Source: Azolla caroliniana (taxonomy: Eukaryota; Plantae; Polypodiophyta). From it: a DNA stretch of 64,000 nt. Made by a program: the position numbers and the translations under genes. The notes below the pieces were generated by a model, which was given only the letters and a program-made list of their open reading frames with translations, had not been told where the DNA came from and searched no databases. The stretch spans positions 10,850,001 through 10,914,000 of the forward strand of contig JBHGNT010000006.1 of NCBI GenBank assembly GCA_043228905.1, read 5' to 3'. Below are positions 50,450-64,000 of the stretch, one piece after another; the stretch's first letter is position 1; every line of letters starts with the position of its first letter.

Positions 50450-53400
50450 ATGGAAGCTGTGAAAGTTATCTTTTATGATTTAGTGCAAAAAGTCAGTCTA
50501 TGGCTTCCGAGGAAGAGATCTGAGACACATACCATGTCCCGTGACTTTTGGATGCCTGATCAAAGTTGCAGAGTTTGTTATGAGTGTGATACTCCTTTCA
50601 GCATATTCAATAGGCGTCACCACTGCCGCATCTGTGGTCGCGTTTTCTGCTGGAAATGCACACAACATACTCTGCCTGTTGTTCTAGATGGAGTCGAAGA
50701 ATGGCAAGGAGGCGAAAAGGTACGTGTTTGCAACTTTTGTTACAAATTGAAACAAGAGGAACGAAAACAAATCGATGACAGCAAGAATGCAGTAAAACCA
50801 CCTACGCTACAGGTAACACCATCACCTTCCAACTTTAGCTTATCAAGCTCTAGTGCAAACACCAGTCGAAACTCCATGTCATTGTCATCATCATCGGCAT
50901 CATCGTCGGCATCTGGGAATCCTCGCCAAATGCCTCTACCGTATGGGTTTAGAACATCCATGATAGATAAAATAGAGCCTATTGCGGAGAGGCAACCACC
51001 ACGAAGGAGGCATGGGCGCAGGAACCGAAGAACAGAATCACCAAGAGGAAGAGATCTGTCTCCTAATCCATATGACTTTGTTAGCAACAGGTTAGCATTG
51101 GATCAAATAATTCACTTATTTTCTGTAGTATGTGAAAATCATGTATTGCTTTAATGGAGAAATTTGCTGCATGCAGAAGTGATGATGACGATGTCAATGA
51201 AGCAGAAAGTGCAAAGGAGGTGTTCTATGGGCCAGGAAGAGTTTTTGATTCACAGAGCCAGGAAGAAGAGGAAGGTGACAGTTGTGTAGAAACAGCTCTG
51301 ATGGAGGCTTCTCTGATCCATTGTGTGAAATTTCTCAACCATGTAGCTGACGTAAATGGTGGCAACAGGATTGAAGATGCTACCTCGATGATCGATAATA
51401 GCTCAGACATAGATAGAAGCTTGTCCAGGAGGTCAATGTTGTCATCCGATGACTATGAAGAAAGTGTAGATGAGAGCAACTTATACACTAACTCATTAGT
51501 TTCAGGACCAACAGCAGCAGTCAGAGGAGAGCTACTTGATCTTGAAGAAAATGCATTGATTTGGGCGCCACCACCACCAGAAGACTATGAGGATGAAATG
51601 ACTCTGACAATGGTGGACGATGACGACGACGAAGAAGAAGAAGTCAGAAGTGGTTGGGGAAGTTTTAGTAACAGTGAATACAGGTTTCATGAGAAAGCAA
51701 ATGCTTCACAAGAGCAAAGAAGGGCCATGCGTGCGGCTGTGGATGGACATTTCAGAACTCTCGTTGGACAGCTACTGGATGGGGAAGGTTTGGACATTGA
51801 TGAAAATGACACAGATAACTGGTTGGAGATTGTAGCAGCTTTGGCTTTACAGGCAGCAAGTTATATTAAGCCAGATACAAGCAAAGGTGGAGGTATGGAT
51901 CCTGGTGGTTATGTAAAAGTGAAATGCATTGCTACTGGGCAACGTAGTGAGAGGTAAGAATTATGGATTCTTGTACTCTTTGTGTTTGTGCATGTTGATT
52001 AATGCGATTTGGACCAATTTGAGGATGACAGATTTGTTATCTAAATTTTCTTCCTTTTTTGCCCTAAAGTTGCGTTATCAAGGGAGTTGTATGCAGACGA
52101 AATGTTGCACATCGGCGTATGACCTCTCAATATAAGAATCCAAGGTTATTATTGCTTGGTGGCTCTCTTGAATACCAACGAGTTCCTAATCAGCTTTCTT
52201 CTTTGGATACCTTGCTGCAGCAGGTTGGTTACAGTTTTATACTTCTAATGGTATGTTATTGTGAGTAGCATTATATTACTCTGCTGTGAATAGCATTGCA
52301 AAGTGGGTGGTTGTTTGTTACTTTTTGGCAATCTTAGAGTTCGTTTTGGGTGTGTGGGACTCCATCTTGTTTGGATGTTTGAGAAAGAACGATCATCTTG
52401 CCTAGTCAGTCACCAAGTGATACTACCGAGAGTACAGTGGGAAGATAGTCGAGATCTTCTTCAGTGGTTTAACTGACGGTCTACCGGTTAGTCAAAAGAC
52501 CAATTTACAGCCAGCTCTTTCTCGGTAGTTGAGCATCTTAACCCCCAAAAAATATTGATCAATTAATCATGTTCCAATGTTCAGCCGACATTCTGTGTTC
52601 TCACCAATACAACTGCTGGAAATTTTCCAAATAAAAGCTAAAGACCCTATTTGAATGCAATCTACTTGGATTTTCCATCCCTACTTGACAAAGCACTTAG
52701 AGCCAGGAGAATGTACGAGCTTTGTTAGGTTGAATTCTTCTATAATGCTGTGCTGCTATAGAAAGTAGATCCTGAAAGTTTGATCTTATTTCTTTCATCC
52801 GTTTTCTTTGATGCTTGTTGATAAGATTTGATTCAGCATTTTGCTTCTGTTTTGTCAATTTCCTAAAGAATCTCCCTGTCGCATAGAGAATCCATATCCA
52901 TATTTGCACGAAGAGTCAGATAAAACAGAGTGAGATGCATTTTGGGGATGTGGACGTGAGTGGGACCACTTAGATTGATTTCATCTATAATGCGGTGTGC
53001 CACAAGAACCAGATCCTGTCAGTGTATTGCTGTCACAGTTGGATTTTTTACATTCTAATAAGATTTGTTTAGGCATTTTACCTCTGCTTTGTCCAATTCC
53101 TGAACTATCTCCCTATCACAATGTGCTCATTTCATTTATCAAGGAATAAGTGTTGAGAATCCATATCCATATTTGCACGAAGAGTCAGATAAAACAGAGT
53201 GAGATGCATTTTGGGGATGTGGACGTGAGTGGGACCACTTAGATTGATTTCATCTATAATGCGGTGTGCCACAAGAACCAGATCCTGTCAGTGTATTGCT
53301 GTCACAGTTGGATTTTTTACATTCTAATAAGATTTGTTTAGGCATTTTACCTCTGCTTTGTCCAATTCCTGAACTATCTCCCTATCACAATGTGCTCATT

Positions 53401-56400
53401 TCATTTATCAAGGAATAAGTGTTGAGAATCCATATCCATATTTGCACGAAGAGTCAGATAAAACAGAGTGAGATGCATTTTGGGGATGTGAGTGGGACCA
53501 AAATGGTCATTTTCTGATAGTAGGGATGAATATGCCTTCAGTTATATGGGAGACATTTTCAATGACCAATCTAGAACTAATGTGTATTGTGTCATTTTAA
53601 GTAAAGCTCCTTTACAAAAATTGAATATAATGATACTAACAAAGCTCCTTTACAAAAATTTAGGAGAAAGAGCATCTGTCAATGACTGTGTCAAGAATTG
53701 AAGCACACCGTCCGAATGTGGTTCTTGTGGAGAAGACGATTTCACGACAAGCTCAGGAAAGATTACTTGCTAAGGATATTTCTTTTGTGTTGAACGTGAA
53801 ACGATCACTTCTGGAGCGCATTGCCAGATGCACAGGTGCAGAAATAGTACCTTCCCCTGATCATCTGCTAAAGGCAATATCTGGTCATTGTGAGTTATTT
53901 CATGTCGAGAAGCTCAAGGAGGATCTTGGAAGTGATGGTCAATCTGGAAAAAATTTAATGAAGACTCTTATGTTTTTTGAGGGTTGTCCAAGGCCATTGG
54001 GTTGCACTGTAAGCATTTTCAATCCTAACATGCACTTGATTATGATCATTCTGTCTATGCTAATTCATTTCATTTTCTTTTGAAAATTATGGCAGGTCTT
54101 GCTGAAGGGAGCAAATGGAAATGAATTACAGAAGGTTAAACGTGTGGTGCAGTTTGCAGTCTTTGCTGCCTATCAGTTAGCTTTGGAAACCTCATTTCTA
54201 GTAGATGAGGGTGCCACTGTACCAGAGTTGACTTTTAAGTCACCAATCAGTGTTGCTTTGCCTGATAAGCCCTTGAAGTCTGATAGGTCTATAACAACGG
54301 TGCCTGGTTTTCTTCTTCCTGCGCCAGGCCATATACAAACTGTAACTTCCCAAGTCACACAGAATCATAATGGGAATTCGGGTTCAGATTTTCCTCCATG
54401 GTCTGTAACATCATCATGTGTTTCCTCCAGAAATAACTCTCCCAGTACAAGTCCAAGAGCTTCTTCAAGAGGCTTTTATACCAACCAGACTGGTTTTGAG
54501 AACTTGGATGCAGCTTTGATGGCAACAAGGTATCCAGATCATGACTCAATTTACAACAGAAGTATCAGATATCCAAATTTGACACATAGAAAGGCGAGGA
54601 ATTCATCTAGGACTGCTTCAGATATTCTTATTTCAGCGGATGTAGAGGGTCCAGAAGAAGCAGGAAGTATAGCAAAGGTGGAATCAGGAGTAGGAGTTTC
54701 AGAACTCGTTACATCTGCAGAAGCTCAAAATGGTTCTTTGCTGGAGGTTGCAGATGCTAGTTGTGAAGACTTTCCTCCATCGCCCTCTGATCACCATAGT
54801 ATTTTAGTCTCTTTCTCTAGTAAATGCTTGGAGAAAAGAAGAGTTTGCGAGAGATGTCTAGTTTATAGAATTAAATACTATGGAAGTTTTGACAAGCCAC
54901 TGGGGAAGTTTTTGAAGGATGATGTTTTTGATCCTGTAAGTTCTGCGCCTTTGGTGATGTGGTTGATATTAGAATTGGATATAATGAGAAAAGTAGAAGA
55001 TGAACATTGTGAGTGAGGAACTAATACTTTTTCCCTTCCTTCAGAGCAAAAAGTGTGCAGCATGTCAACTGAGCAGGGATGCACATATTCATTGTTATAG
55101 GTATCGGCAAGGCAGCTTGGTTATCTCTGTGCGTCATCGGATGGAGACCTTGACTGGAGAGATGGATGGGAAAATCTGGATGTGGCATCGGTGCCTGAAA
55201 TGTAAATCTGTAAATAATGTTCCTCCAGCAACTCATAGAGTTCTTATGTCAGATGCAGCATGGGGTTTGTCTTTTGGGAAGTTTCTTGAGCTCAGTTTCT
55301 CTAATCATGCTGCTGCTAGCAGACTTGCAGCATGTGGCCATTCCTTGCATAGAGACTGTCTGCGGTTTTATGGGTAAGGTCCTCATTTAAAAGTATGTGT
55401 GTGTCTTCTAGATTCTGGGTCTTCAGTTTATTTGTAAAAGCTCATTTATGGATCATTCTAAAATGATGGAATGTTCGAGAGCAGATTTGGGAACATGGTA
55501 GCTTGCTTCAGATATGCATCAATCAACGTTCATACTGTATATTTGCCCCCATCCAAACTGATCTTCAACATTCCAGAATTAAACGATTGGTTATCAACTG
55601 AAGTTCAAGAGGTATCTGCAGTCCAGAAATTTTGCTAGATAAGATTCATTAAATCCATGCTTCATGTTAGGGCTAATCTCTGTGTTCATTCTTTAGATTA
55701 CAGATAATGGAAAACTTATTTTTGCAAAGGCTTTTAATACACTTCGAGAAATAGAAGAGAAAATAGCAATATTTGGAATTGGAAAAAGCCCTGAGGTACG
55801 AAGACGTATTGCAGAATATGAGATGTCGCTGCGAAGTGATCAAGATGCCTTTTTGGTATGTTAGTATAACTGTATTTGATGTATTTTTATTATGCTTATA
55901 AGGGCAGACATTTGATTGTAGACTCACGTTTTCAGGAGACGTTGAAAAAGGCAGTACATGTGCAAAGTGATTCTGGTTGTCTGTTTGCTGATATACTGGA
56001 ACTTAATTCTATAAAGCGGAGCTTGGCTACTTTATATATTGTATGGTGGGACCATTTCCTTCAGTTGCTTTCTTTTCCAAGGTTGCTGAAGGCTGTCCCG
56101 ATCGGACGTTCAACTACTTTAGCTGACACATCATCATTAATTTGTAATAAAGACATTCTTGAGAGCAAAAACTTATCAGACGCTTTCGAACATGCTGCAC
56201 TTTCACAAGCTTCTGAGGTGATAAATCAAGGAGAATCATGTCTTAGTGGCACTGCTCCACCAAGTGAGCAGATTGCCACAGAGGATATTGAGAGTTCTGA
56301 TGAGAAGTCATGCCTCCACGATGATTTGGAGATTACAGATTCAGTCCAAGACAATGAACTACTAATTTTACCAAATACCTTTGATGTTGCAACAAATGGC

Positions 56401-58698
56401 ATGCAGATATCATCAGAAGTTGTGAGCTTGGAAGAAAAGAATCCATCATCGAACATATTAGAACAAGCTGTGGTTTTTCCTACAGGAAACAAACCGAGCT
56501 TTTATAATCATATGCTTGATCATCATCTTCTCGTAAAGAGGACAATGTCTGAAGGAAAATTTGTAATTCCAGATCTATCGTACACATTTGAAGCTGCTTG
56601 GACAGGCAAGGGACATACTGTTGAAGCACATGCTGTGAACATATCAACAACTGGGCAAGAAATTTCGCTGCAAGCCTCTGGCATAGGCTCATCTGCTTCT
56701 GGTGACGAGTCTACAAATCTACACAGTGGTGCAGATTCAGACGCAACAGTCGACGTTACTGGGCTGGGATTGGATGCAATGACACACCCTGGTTCACCTG
56801 TAAAAGGCAGTCCTAAATTGGATGATTCAGCAGGTACATGTGTTGGAACCCCATTTTCCATCTTATACAGATCATATAGCAAGGGTTCTCAGTATTTGCT
56901 AAATGGCACACCACAATCTCATTGGCTTCGTAACTCATACTCAATCAAACTGGGAGGCAGACTTTTTTTGCCTCTAGGAATTCATGATACTGTTATCCCC
57001 ATATATGACGAAGAGCCCACGAGCATAATTGCATATGCTATTACTTCTCATCAATATCAGGCTCATTTATTGGATCAACCTTCTGATTCTGAGAGAGAAA
57101 ATGAATTAAAACGTGATAGGAGCAGAGGTAAATACTTAGAGTTCTTAAGCGGAGACACTATCTTGCCACATCCACTTCAACATACAGATAGCTTCTCAGA
57201 ACCTAGTGGATTTAGTCCAAAGGATAATAGCTATCATATTGAGGAATTAGGTTCAAGAGAGTCTGCAAACATGCAAAATTCGAGGACTATACATGTGAAA
57301 GTTTCTTTTTCGGATGATGAGCCACAAGGAAAAGTTAAATATACAGTGACCTGCTACTATGCTAGGCAATTTGATGCTTTGAGGAGAACATGCTGTCCTG
57401 ATCAAATGGATTTTATCAGGTCTCTCTGCCACTGTAAAAAATGGAGTGCACAAGGAGGCAAAAGCAATGTGTTCTTTGCAAAAACAAAGGATGAGAGATT
57501 TGTTATCAAACAAGTCACGAAGACAGAACTTGAGTCCTTCATCAAATTTGCACCAGAGTATTTTAAATACCTTTCTGAATCTCTGAAGTCTGGGAGCCCT
57601 ACTTGTCTAGCAAAAATTCTTGGCATCTTTCAGGTTGGCAATCTATAATTATTACTCATATTTGTATGCGTGCAGATAGCTGAATGGGCATGTCCGCTTA
57701 TGCACACACACACATATCATATGCTTGCACATCACTATTAGCGAAAACTTAACTTTATCTACTAATAAGTCTAATTGCCTTTTCCTTCATGAAATGATAG
57801 GAACTACTAGAAAATGAATTTATAGGCTAGCAGAAAATCAGAATATTTCTATTGAACTTTCATTCCCTTCAGAAATATTTTGGCCTGTAAGTTGATGGAC
57901 GTTTAAATGAATGTGGGTAACATTTCCTCGAACAATGATGTACATGTACACATCAGATGCAATGAAAATTTGTTCTCAGGCAATGAAATGTGAAGATTTT
58001 GTCTTTGTTTCTGTGATGAGTAAAGCTTATGTATATGACCACTCACAGATCACAATGAAAAACAAAAAGGGTGGAAAAGATGTTAGGATGGATGTCATGG
58101 TAATGGAAAACCTCTTGTATGGAAGACAAGTGAGCCGACTGTATGATTTGAAAGGTTCTACGAGATCTCGCTATAATGCAGATACCACAGGGAAAAACAA
58201 AGTTTTGCTTGATGAGAATCTCCTCGAGTCAATGTTTACCAATCCCATATTCATCAATAACAAGGCAAAACGTATATTGGAACGGGCTGTATGGAACGAC
58301 ACTACATTTCTTGTGGTTAGTAAAGTTTTTTCCATTCACTTAAAGTATTGAAGCAGGTATTGTTTTCTAAATTACTGGTCCACCTGCAGTCCATCGATGT
58401 CATGGACTATTCATTGCTTGTTGGAGTAGATGAAGAGCGGAAACAGCTGGTGGTGGGAATTATTGATTTTATGCGGCAATACACATGGGATAAACATTTG
58501 GAAACATGGGTCAAGGCATCAGGCATCTTAGGAGGTCCAAAGAATGCAGCACCAACTGTGATCTCCCCTAAGCAATACAAAGAGCGGTTCAGAAAAGCAA
58601 TGAAAGGCTATTTTTTGATGGTTCCTGATCAATGGTCACGCACAACTGAAACCCCTTCCCGTGTTGATTCTGTTGAGAGTTTACATTCGAATATTTGA
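50450..58698 (+). CDS. FAB1: 1-phosphatidylinositol-3-phosphate 5-kinase FAB1A/B-type (PIKfyve), 11 coding exons, ~1881 aa: 50450-51090, 51177-51953, 52070-52223, 53664-54008, 54096-54935, 55045-55373, 55485-55611, 55697-55855, 55936-57633, 58049-58315, 58390-58698
   Basis: FYVE ([27 protein letters not shown]), Cpn60/TCP1-like domain ([25 protein letters not shown]), Cys-rich domain (KIWMWHRC), PIPK domain ([34 protein letters not shown]). All introns are GT-AG and phases are consistent (5646 nt). Confidence 0.96.
52820..53500. repeat. 269-bp tandem duplication (~2.5 copies) in FAB1 intron 3
   Basis: gagaatccatatccatatttgcacg at 52886, 53155 and 53424; the copies are essentially identical. 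Confidence 0.93.
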
Positions 58699-60501
58699 AA
58701 TCATTCTTTAGAGATTAATGTAATGTATATATGTATTTATTCTTGCATACTAAACCCCACTAAAGTGGGGTTGGGTTTATGGGCTAAGTTGATTAAAAGG
58801 CCCCAAAAATGACATAGTTGTAATATGAAATATTTTTCTAGAATGAAGATTAATTTTTTTCCCATTGAGTTTGCACTCTTTATTTATCCCAGTTGCAGAT
58901 CCATATTTTCTTACTTTGTTGGAACTTATTATTTGTCATTTAGCTAAGCTGATGTTTTGAATTTAGAGCGTATTCCCAAAAGGGATATTATGTGTGCTTT
59001 TGCAGTCATACTTAAAGTATTGATTGGTGCCATGATGATCAGGTTTATCAAGTCTGATTTGACACAGAAAAACAAGTATTGGAATCCTCATTCAAGGTGA
59101 GAAATATTTAGTTACTGCAGGGATTTTGGTATACCTTATCATAACCTTTGCTGCAGGGTAGAGCTTGCCATTCAGTTCATAAATGAATTACAAAAGTGAA
59201 TACTATTTTGACCATCATTACTAGATTAGCAACAAGACAAGTATACTCTTTTTGGGGTTTGATATTCTGCACTTGTCATAACTTTATTTCTGTTGCAGAT
59301 ATGATCAAGGTCATCCATTATACCAAATTTTTTGAAATTGATATACGTTACAATTCTGTAGATGATCCATTATATTTGGACCTTCTGTATGATTTATTCC
59401 ATGGCCCAACATCTGTGTATTGATGGTATGTGTAAAGAAGATCAACATCCCTAAGGCTTCTTCTCGATGTTGTTATTTTGTGCTGCAGGGAACCTATGAA
59501 TGTGGTACTCTTGAGTTTGTAGTGTCTTAACTCAACTGTGTTGACATAACTCTTAATCTTCTGATAGAATTTTCTTTGTTTTGCATTTTCTAGTTCAGAC
59601 AGACATCCCTTCACACAGAATTGGTTTGGTTAGTGATTACCGATTTCTTGCTCATTCACTTATAACAAAAGGAATGGAAGGTAATGACATCAATTTCCAA
59701 CATTCAACCAATTTTCGAACTACCTATACTATTTACTATTTATTATTTACTTCACTTTGTATCCTGGAGAACTATTTACTTCGCTTTGTCTTTCCCTACC
59801 TATACTAGGTATCGGTCTACAAACATGATTCTGAGTTTCTGGAACAATGAGGTACGTTCAATTGTCTTTGCATTCCCTTTCATTGAGAAATGATGGATGC
59901 ATACTTTAAAAAAAGTATGATCTCTACATAGCATCTCAAGCTTATTAATGCTGATGTCATGAAGTCCTGAATGCCCTCATTTCTTTGCAACAGGTTTCCA
60001 GACAGTGGCCATGATATATGGTTCTGTTTAAGCAACCATCGTGACATGAACATTTGAAGGAAATTACTTTTCTCACCTTACATATCTTCAGATATAGGCT
60101 GAGTAAAGAGGTATTGGTGTTATTGGCCTTGTTAATTTGAAGAGGCAACCATTACAATCTGGAGCTAAGAGTAGAGGTCTCCAAATGGTAGACTTGAACT
60201 GAATGGTATTGATGAATGAGTACGCCATATTCTGGTGATAAAAAATCGTATAACAATGGCATCTATTCATATGGATGAGACTCTACTAAGGTGATTAGGC
60301 GTCGTTTTCAACGTGTAAATGGATATTTTAAATGTATTCTATTTGTATGACATGGTAATAAAATGATGTATGCCCTTTATCCAAATTTTATTTAGATTTC
60401 AATTAAGAATGGTTTGTCCAAATGTTTCGAATCTTCTTATTATATATTATGTATATATATATATATATTCGACAAGTTTCAAAAGGAGAGGAGCACATGG
60501 C

Positions 60502-61180
60502 TAGCAATGGGCCCGGTTTTGGCTCAACCGAATCGAACCGTTAAACCGTGGCTTAACGGTTTATTGGTTCAAAGATAAATAAATCGTTTGGTTTGGTTTC
60601 AAATGTTATGGTCCGGTTTGGTTTGGTTTTGAATTTCATGATTTAGCCGTTTAACGGTTTCAGTTCGGTTCGGTTTTGAAATTCATGGTTTAGTGATTTC
60701 GGTTTATGTGGTTTGGTTTAAAGGTTTAAAGGTTTATAGGTTAAAAAATATTTCTAAATTCACCTCTAGGCTCTAACTTTCAACTTTTAATTTTAAACCT
60801 CTAGGCTTTAACTTATTAAATTTTGTATGCATTATTATATATATAGTCTCCTTTTGATGTATGATTATCAAATTTATGATTAGTATGATGACCAAATTTA
60901 TAATAAGTGATAATTAAATTTATGATGATTTGCTCACACAAATTCATAAATTCATAATATGTATGATAATCAATCTCTAAAAAATGGTTTGGTTTAGTTT
61001 TGATTTATGATAAACCAGTTTGATTTGGTTTTAAATTTTTCGTAATGGTTTCGTTTAAATGGCTTCATAGATTTTAAACAGTTTGGTTTGGTGTTTGGTT
61101 TTTGTTATAAATAAATGGTTTGGTTTGGTTTCAAGGCCAAGAAACCGAACCAAATTGAAATTGAATCGGGCCCATTGCTA
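60502..61180. mobile_element. Non-autonomous hAT-type MITE, 679 bp
   Basis: Perfect TIR TAGCAATGGGCCCG, 8-bp TSD CACATGGC, subterminal GGTTT/AAACC repeats. Confidence 0.93.
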
Positions 61181-63247
61181 CACATGGCTATCAAATGAAA
61201 AAAACTTTATGTGCTTGCTTTATTGGCAAGAAAAGCAAGTTTGACAAATTCTTAGTAAACACACAAATGATGGATGCACTATCTCGAGTTATATATAAGA
61301 AAACTCATATTTGCATAAAAAAGTCCAGCATTTTGTGTTTTCATATATATATATTATATTTGGTATTTAGATATCACAAATGGATGGGGTAGATAGATTG
61401 ATAGATAGATATTTTAGTGTTTATAGCGAGGTCAATATTGACCCATAGGACCTAAGCACAATTTATCTTGATATGTGTGTTTAGTGTTTAAAGAGAGGTC
61501 AATATTGACCTAGAGGACCTAAGCACAAAAGTTATCTTTGATATGTGTTTCCCTCCTAAGAAGTCTCGATGTGTGATTAAGCATACACATGTGAGCTCAA
61601 CCTTCTAAGTGTTCTCTTTAGTGTAACACTAAAGTTGTCACCCCTTCTTAATATATAATCACAACTTGTATGAATTGCACTAAATGCAAAGCATGTAAAA
61701 AGCAAGTGATACTCATCATCTATTAGGTTGTGATCAAGTGCGAAATAGTGTTACGGCTCTACGAGAGTTAATAATACTCATGTTAGTAACGAGATGAGGT
61801 TGAATACAATCAATAGGCCTTCTTGCCTTATATAAAACCCGACATTCAATGTAATATTTAGCATCTATTCACTTCTTCCTCAATGTGGCCATTAAACGTT
61901 CCTTAATAACGACATATTTCACAACATCAATTAAATCTCCAAGAGATCTTCCACGTGTCATCTTTTGAACTATTTTTTGATGTCACCCAACCGAATAAGA
62001 GAATTTTGTGTTTTTGATTCTGCTGTAGTTCACTCATTCCAAGCACGTTGTGATCTACAATTTGGCATATTCTTGACTTTTGTAATGTCTCTCTATACTC
62101 TTTGTAGTGCCCATATATCTATAGGTTGAAGTTTGCACACCTATCTCCAAGATTGTAGCCTGATAGGAGGTGGTGGATACAACTCCCAATTCTCTTTTGA
62201 ATCTCCTCAATCTCATTCCTTGCATTAAGAGAGAGCCTCCCCACACTTCTAGCTAAGGTCAAAGTGGAACTTAGTTCATTAAACAACACAAATAGTTAAA
62301 ATAGTTCAAATTTTATAAGAGGAGTTTCTCAAGAATGCCAGTCATTTTCCTTTTATTAGCTACCTGCCTGGATGGTTTCTCAAACAGAAACATAGTTGCT
62401 TACCTAAGCAGTGGGGTTTGCTAAAAGGTTCTGCAAAAGCTGAAGCAAATTGCAAAGCATTCCCAAACAAAGCCAATAGGAAAGAAATCGTGATACGAAG
62501 AAGTGGACTCTGATATTCTTCTATGATGATACTGTTTAATAAAATACATCCAAGCATTGTATGTCTACCTACACTTGGTTAATCAAATTTCCTGCATCAG
62601 CATAGATTTTTTTGTCAAACGCAATTTCCAACTTGAAATGCCAACATAGACCACTTCTAAGACAAGCTAGACTGTTAATCAAAAAATTCTGCAGTCTCTT
62701 TCACTCAAAAATTCTGTATCATATGTTACCTAGACGTGTTCATTTCTGCAAAACTAACATCTACGTGGGCAATATTATCCCTTGGAACTATACTAAAAAT
62801 TCAATTACTATAATTAGTTCACAGAACATAAAACCAATACTCAATCACAATAATAAAGTTCAGAGGACATAAATCCAACACATAGGACTTGAGCATTAAT
62901 ACCATGTGAGTTTGATTAAGAAAATGAATATGTTGGGGCACATCTTTGTTCATAAATTAACAGATGTGCTGAGAGGTCCAAGCACCCATCTTTAATGTTC
63001 TTTGAAAAATCTTCCTCGCACATCACACACCCTGTAGTGCTTCTTTCACTAACACTATACTTAAAATGTAACTTATTCTCAACTCACATGCTTCTACTAA
63101 TCTCAGAGAAAACTCTATATCAACCGATTACCCTGGCATGTGCAAGCAATGGAAATGCATTAGTAAAGGAAAAACCATGCAAACAAATTGTCATCATAAA
63201 AATATAAAGAACGAGTGCCAAAGATGGATGGAAATCTATATCCCCAC

Positions 63248-63610
63248 TTAAGCTGACGCAGCAACTGGTACTTCTTGAGATGGAGGAATCGACACTGTCG
63301 ATGCTTGAGCTACCACTGGCTTTGCCTCAGATGCTTCCGTGGTAGGCAGTGGTGGTGGTGTTGTTGGAGGAGGTTTCATATGAGCTGGTGGGTTATGTTT
63401 CAGCTTCACTAACACTTGCCTCATGCGTGAAAGATCAGTTGCTTTCCCTGGTTTAGGTCCATGGTTGATTACCACAGAAGGTTTCTTCTTATCTTTACCA
63501 CGAGACTTTGATTCCATGGAAGGCAACTCATGAGGCACAAGCTCAGCTACTGCCTTCCAATAATGCTTGTCAGCCGTCGCATGAAAATTGGTCAGATTCT
63601 CTACAAATAC
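63248..63610 (-). CDS. CLC: Clathrin light chain, last coding exon (gene continues beyond the window)
   Basis: [54 protein letters not shown] is the plant CLC C-terminus. AG acceptor at 63611-63612 (-), stop at 63248. Confidence 0.9.
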   Translation of the reverse strand, partial: VFVENLTNFHATADKHYWKAVAELVPHELPSMESKSRGKDKKKPSVVINHGPKPGKATDLSRMRQVLVKLKHNPPAHMKPPPTTPPPLPTTEASEAKPVVAQASTVSIPPSQEVPVAASA

Positions 63611-63739
63611 CTGAAAATTTTGCAACCAGTCAAAGACAAGCAAATAATGGCTCATCCTAACAATGAAAATCAGCAAATCAAAGCACATGATCTGAAGTCC
63701 ATAATGAATGAAAGCTTATGTATGGCTACAAGACTATAC

Positions 63740-64000
63740 TAGCAATGGGCCCGGTTCGGTTTGGTTTCTTTGCCTTGAAGCTGAACTGAACCAAACCATT
63801 TATATAAAACAAAAACCAAACCAAACCGTTTATGAAGTTTCAAGCCATTAAACCAAACCATTTAAGAAAAGGTAAACCAAACTATTTAAATCAAAACCGT
63901 TTAAGGAATAAGCACATTTTAGCCAAACTAATTAGAAAATTAAATAAATAAAAATACACTAAATTAAATAAGCATTTATGTTTAATTAAATAAATAAATA
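63740..64000. mobile_element. Second copy of the TAGCAATGGGCCCG hAT MITE (partial, inverted relative to 60502-61180), in a CLC intron
   Basis: Starts with the same TIR; its interior matches the reverse complement of the right end of 60502-61180. Confidence 0.88.

Noticed and set aside
61414-61550. Two-copy ~68-bp repeat with palindrome GGTCAATATTGACC
   Set aside because: A simple local duplication with no further support for function.

Overview
Land-plant nuclear DNA; the TE families and gene sequences suggest a non-seed plant such as a fern, but that is inference only. Bases 1-46.3 kb are a nest of LTR retrotransposons that can be resolved by LTR termini and target-site duplications (TSDs). 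An old Copia (Copia-H, <1-27408) holds a 563-bp junction tandem array, a 3.5-kb non-autonomous element carrying an HSP90 fragment, Copia-B (itself holding Copia-C and a solo LTR) and Copia-F (itself holding the inverted Copia-G). A hAT MITE follows, then a 17-kb non-chromoviral Ty3/Gypsy element (29227-46282) holding a nearly intact young Copia-E. The right end has an intact 11-exon FAB1/PIKfyve gene (+), two hAT MITEs and the last exon of a clathrin light chain gene (-). The top observation concerns the Gypsy-lineage elements, which have no polypurine tract (PPT). Three different LTRs carry, at the PPT position, the same ungapped 40-nt motif: an inverted tRNA-Arg primer-binding site (PBS) plus a T-arm-pairing box. 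Two of the elements also keep an ordinary tRNA-Arg PBS at the 5' LTR. This points to an LTR retrotransposon lineage that may prime both DNA strands with tRNAs.
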